Shown here: positions 62,301 to 64,000 of the stretch, in pieces | How the letters are laid out: each line of letters starts with the position of its first letter | Position numbering within the stretch: the first letter of the stretch is position 1 | Assembly: GCA_963715985.1 (NCBI GenBank) | Contig: CAVQSP010000014.1 | Coordinates: 128,001-192,000 of the forward strand | DNA: 64,000 bases | Reading direction: 5' to 3' | From: an uncultured Thermoleophilia bacterium | GTDB taxonomy: Bacteria; Actinomycetota; Thermoleophilia; UBA2241 | Position numbers and translations under genes: made by a program | The notes under the pieces: model-generated | What the model saw: the letters and a program-made list of their open reading frames with translations, nothing else | Told to the model about the DNA's origin: nothing | The model's database searches: none

Positions 62301-63395
62301 TCACTCCGGCAGCCCCGCCACCATCCCCTCAACGCCCAGCACCTCGCGCAGGCGGTCGTAGCGGCGGCGCTCGACCTTCTCGATCGCGGGCTTGCCGCTC
62401 GTGGAGGCGTAGAAGATGCCGTCGTACGACGGGTCGCCGTCGGCGACCTCGTTGGACGAGGAGATCGCCTTACGCAGGGCTGACAGCATCGGCTGGGGGT
62501 CTCTCAGCAGGAGCATGCCTTCGGCGTCCGCCTTCTCGTGACCGGTACGGTGCAGGGCGCGGCCCCACACGGTGACCAGCCAGGCGGCCACGGTGATCGC
62601 GATCCACGTGAGCAGGGCCACCAGAGCCACGAAGAGGACCACGGCGATGGCCCCGGCGCATCCGTCGGTGTCCCCGAGGTCGCCGAGGTCAAGGCCGGAG
62701 CATCCATCGCCGCACCCGTTGCCGCACCCGCTGCCGCAGCCGGCGTCGGCCAGGGCGACGCCTGCCTTCGAGGTCTTGCGGATCTGGCGCAGGTACTTGA
62801 GAGGACCCATGAGGGCGGCGAGGGCGGTGCCGATGAGGATGTCTCCGCGCGTGATGCGCGCGATGAGCGTGGCGATGACCGCCTCCTGTTCAGGCTGCGA
62901 GAAGGTGTCGAGCATGCCTCGTGAGACGCCGATGACGGGCTGCTTGCGGCTGGCGCCGATCGCGCATGCGTTCACGCTGGGGACGTCGAGCAGGAGGAGC
63001 GCCGGCGGCTGCGGCAAGCCGCCGGCGATCGACATCTCCTCGACCGCGCGGACCAGGCCGGGGTGTGAGGCCGCGTCGAGTGCGGAGCCGCTGAAGCGGC
63101 TCCGCACCCAGTGCTCGGCGTTGAGTACCTGCACGACGGCCGCGATGCCTCCAAGCACGAGGAACAGTCCGGTGGCCGCCGCTACGGCGAGGCCGAGCCG
63201 GGGATAGTAGGTCGGCGAGTAGGCGACGAGGCCGATGAGCGAGCCTGGGACCGCGACGAACGCCAGGCTCAGAAGAACGGCCGAGCCGGTCACGAAGGCG
63301 ACGAGGAAGACGACGAATCGCAGGCGGTTGCGCTCCACCCGCAGGCGGAGCGGTTCGATGCGCAGAGGTCTGTGTGGCTTGGGGTCTGCGGGCAA
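62301..63395 (-). CDS. HtpX/M48-like membrane protein lacking HEXXH, with a Cys/Gly-rich insert
   Basis: VEEMSIAGGLP.P, NACAIG, VSRGML, EAVIATLIARI.RGD. Confidence 0.75.
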   Translation of the reverse strand: MPADPKPHRPLRIEPLRLRVERNRLRFVVFLVAFVTGSAVLLSLAFVAVPGSLIGLVAYSPTYYPRLGLAVAAATGLFLVLGGIAAVVQVLNAEHWVRSRFSGSALDAASHPGLVRAVEEMSIAGGLPQPPALLLLDVPSVNACAIGASRKQPVIGVSRGMLDTFSQPEQEAVIATLIARITRGDILIGTALAALMGPLKYLRQIRKTSKAGVALADAGCGSGCGNGCGDGCSGLDLGDLGDTDGCAGAIAVVLFVALVALLTWIAITVAAWLVTVWGRALHRTGHEKADAEGMLLLRDPQPMLSALRKAISSSNEVADGDPSYDGIFYASTSGKPAIEKVERRRYDRLREVLGVEGMVAGLPE

Positions 63396-63658
63396 CCGGC
63401 TCTCCTCGTCGTGCCCAGTCGTTCAAACGTGCCGCACGATCCTCGTCGCGAGGTCCGGCGAGGGCGGCGACGCCGAGCACGAGCTGACCTCGAGACAGTA
63501 GCACTGCGAGCGACCCACCGTGGGCGGTCCTCGTCGGGACGCCGAGCAGCACCCGGTCGCATTCCAGAGCCGCGCATCCGATACTCACTCCCGCCCTTCT
63601 CTGATCATCCGACGCGCCGCGTTCGCACGCGCGGCGCGTCTCGCACGAACGAGGTCAC

Positions 63659-64000
63659 ATGAACGCAGGCGAGCAGACCATCGCGTGGCTGTACGACGAG
63701 CAGCTGCAGGTCGACGACGAGTGGGCGGTCCGCACGCCCGGCGGCTTCCGCTGGTGGGCCGACCAGCAGGCGCAGACCATCGAGGTCATCGGGCAGGAGG
63801 AAGGCGGCCCCGGCGGCGCGACCGGCTACTTCATCGCGGTGCAGACCGAGCTGCTGCGCTCCGTCGAGCTGGACGACGCCCGGGTGGCGGAACTCAACGA
63901 CGTGCTCATGCTGTCCGCCGCGATGACCGGCGTGGTGTTCGACGAGGACCAGGGCCTCCTGAACCTGTGTTCTCTCGTCGCGGTGCACGACGACAACGCC
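63659..64000 (+). CDS. Hypothetical protein (runs off the window)
   Basis: GAGGT RBS; MNAGEQTIAWLYDEQLQVDDEWAVRTPGGFRWWA...; open to the window end. Confidence 0.7.
   Translation, partial: MNAGEQTIAWLYDEQLQVDDEWAVRTPGGFRWWADQQAQTIEVIGQEEGGPGGATGYFIAVQTELLRSVELDDARVAELNDVLMLSAAMTGVVFDEDQGLLNLCSLVAVHDDNA

Overview
Very GC-rich bacterial DNA. An actinobacterial host is inferred from codon usage, promoter style and IS types, but not proven. No rRNA, tRNA or CRISPR array was found. The left half (1-32.5 kb) is a mostly intact metabolic/housekeeping block: ABC-2 exporter, coiled-coil lytic transglycosylase, HAD, ppk2, dodecin, MFS, an XRE-ImmA / ARPP-1 / macrodomain locus with an in-frame amber codon, a tandem C2H2 zinc-finger mini-protein, and an orphan Nif11-type precursor. 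It also carries a catabolic cluster built on a B12-dependent diol dehydratase with fused large+medium subunits and altered substrate-pocket residues, plus SDR, Fe-ADH, a Liv-type ABC importer and an APC permease. The right half (33-64 kb) is a frameshift-rich accessory island: six near-intact type II TA pairs plus relics, Fic, DraG, DUF3800 with a 3' hairpin and convergent antisense promoter, a Cas4-like nuclease, a Macro-DUF4062 fusion, a run of degenerate integron attC-like cassettes without integrase, and three nested IS inside an ankyrin cassette. It also holds a complete IS110/IS1111-type element whose 3' bridge/seek RNA guides can be read directly and match both its insertion site and its own circle junction. 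All family calls come from motif recognition by eye; no database searches were run.
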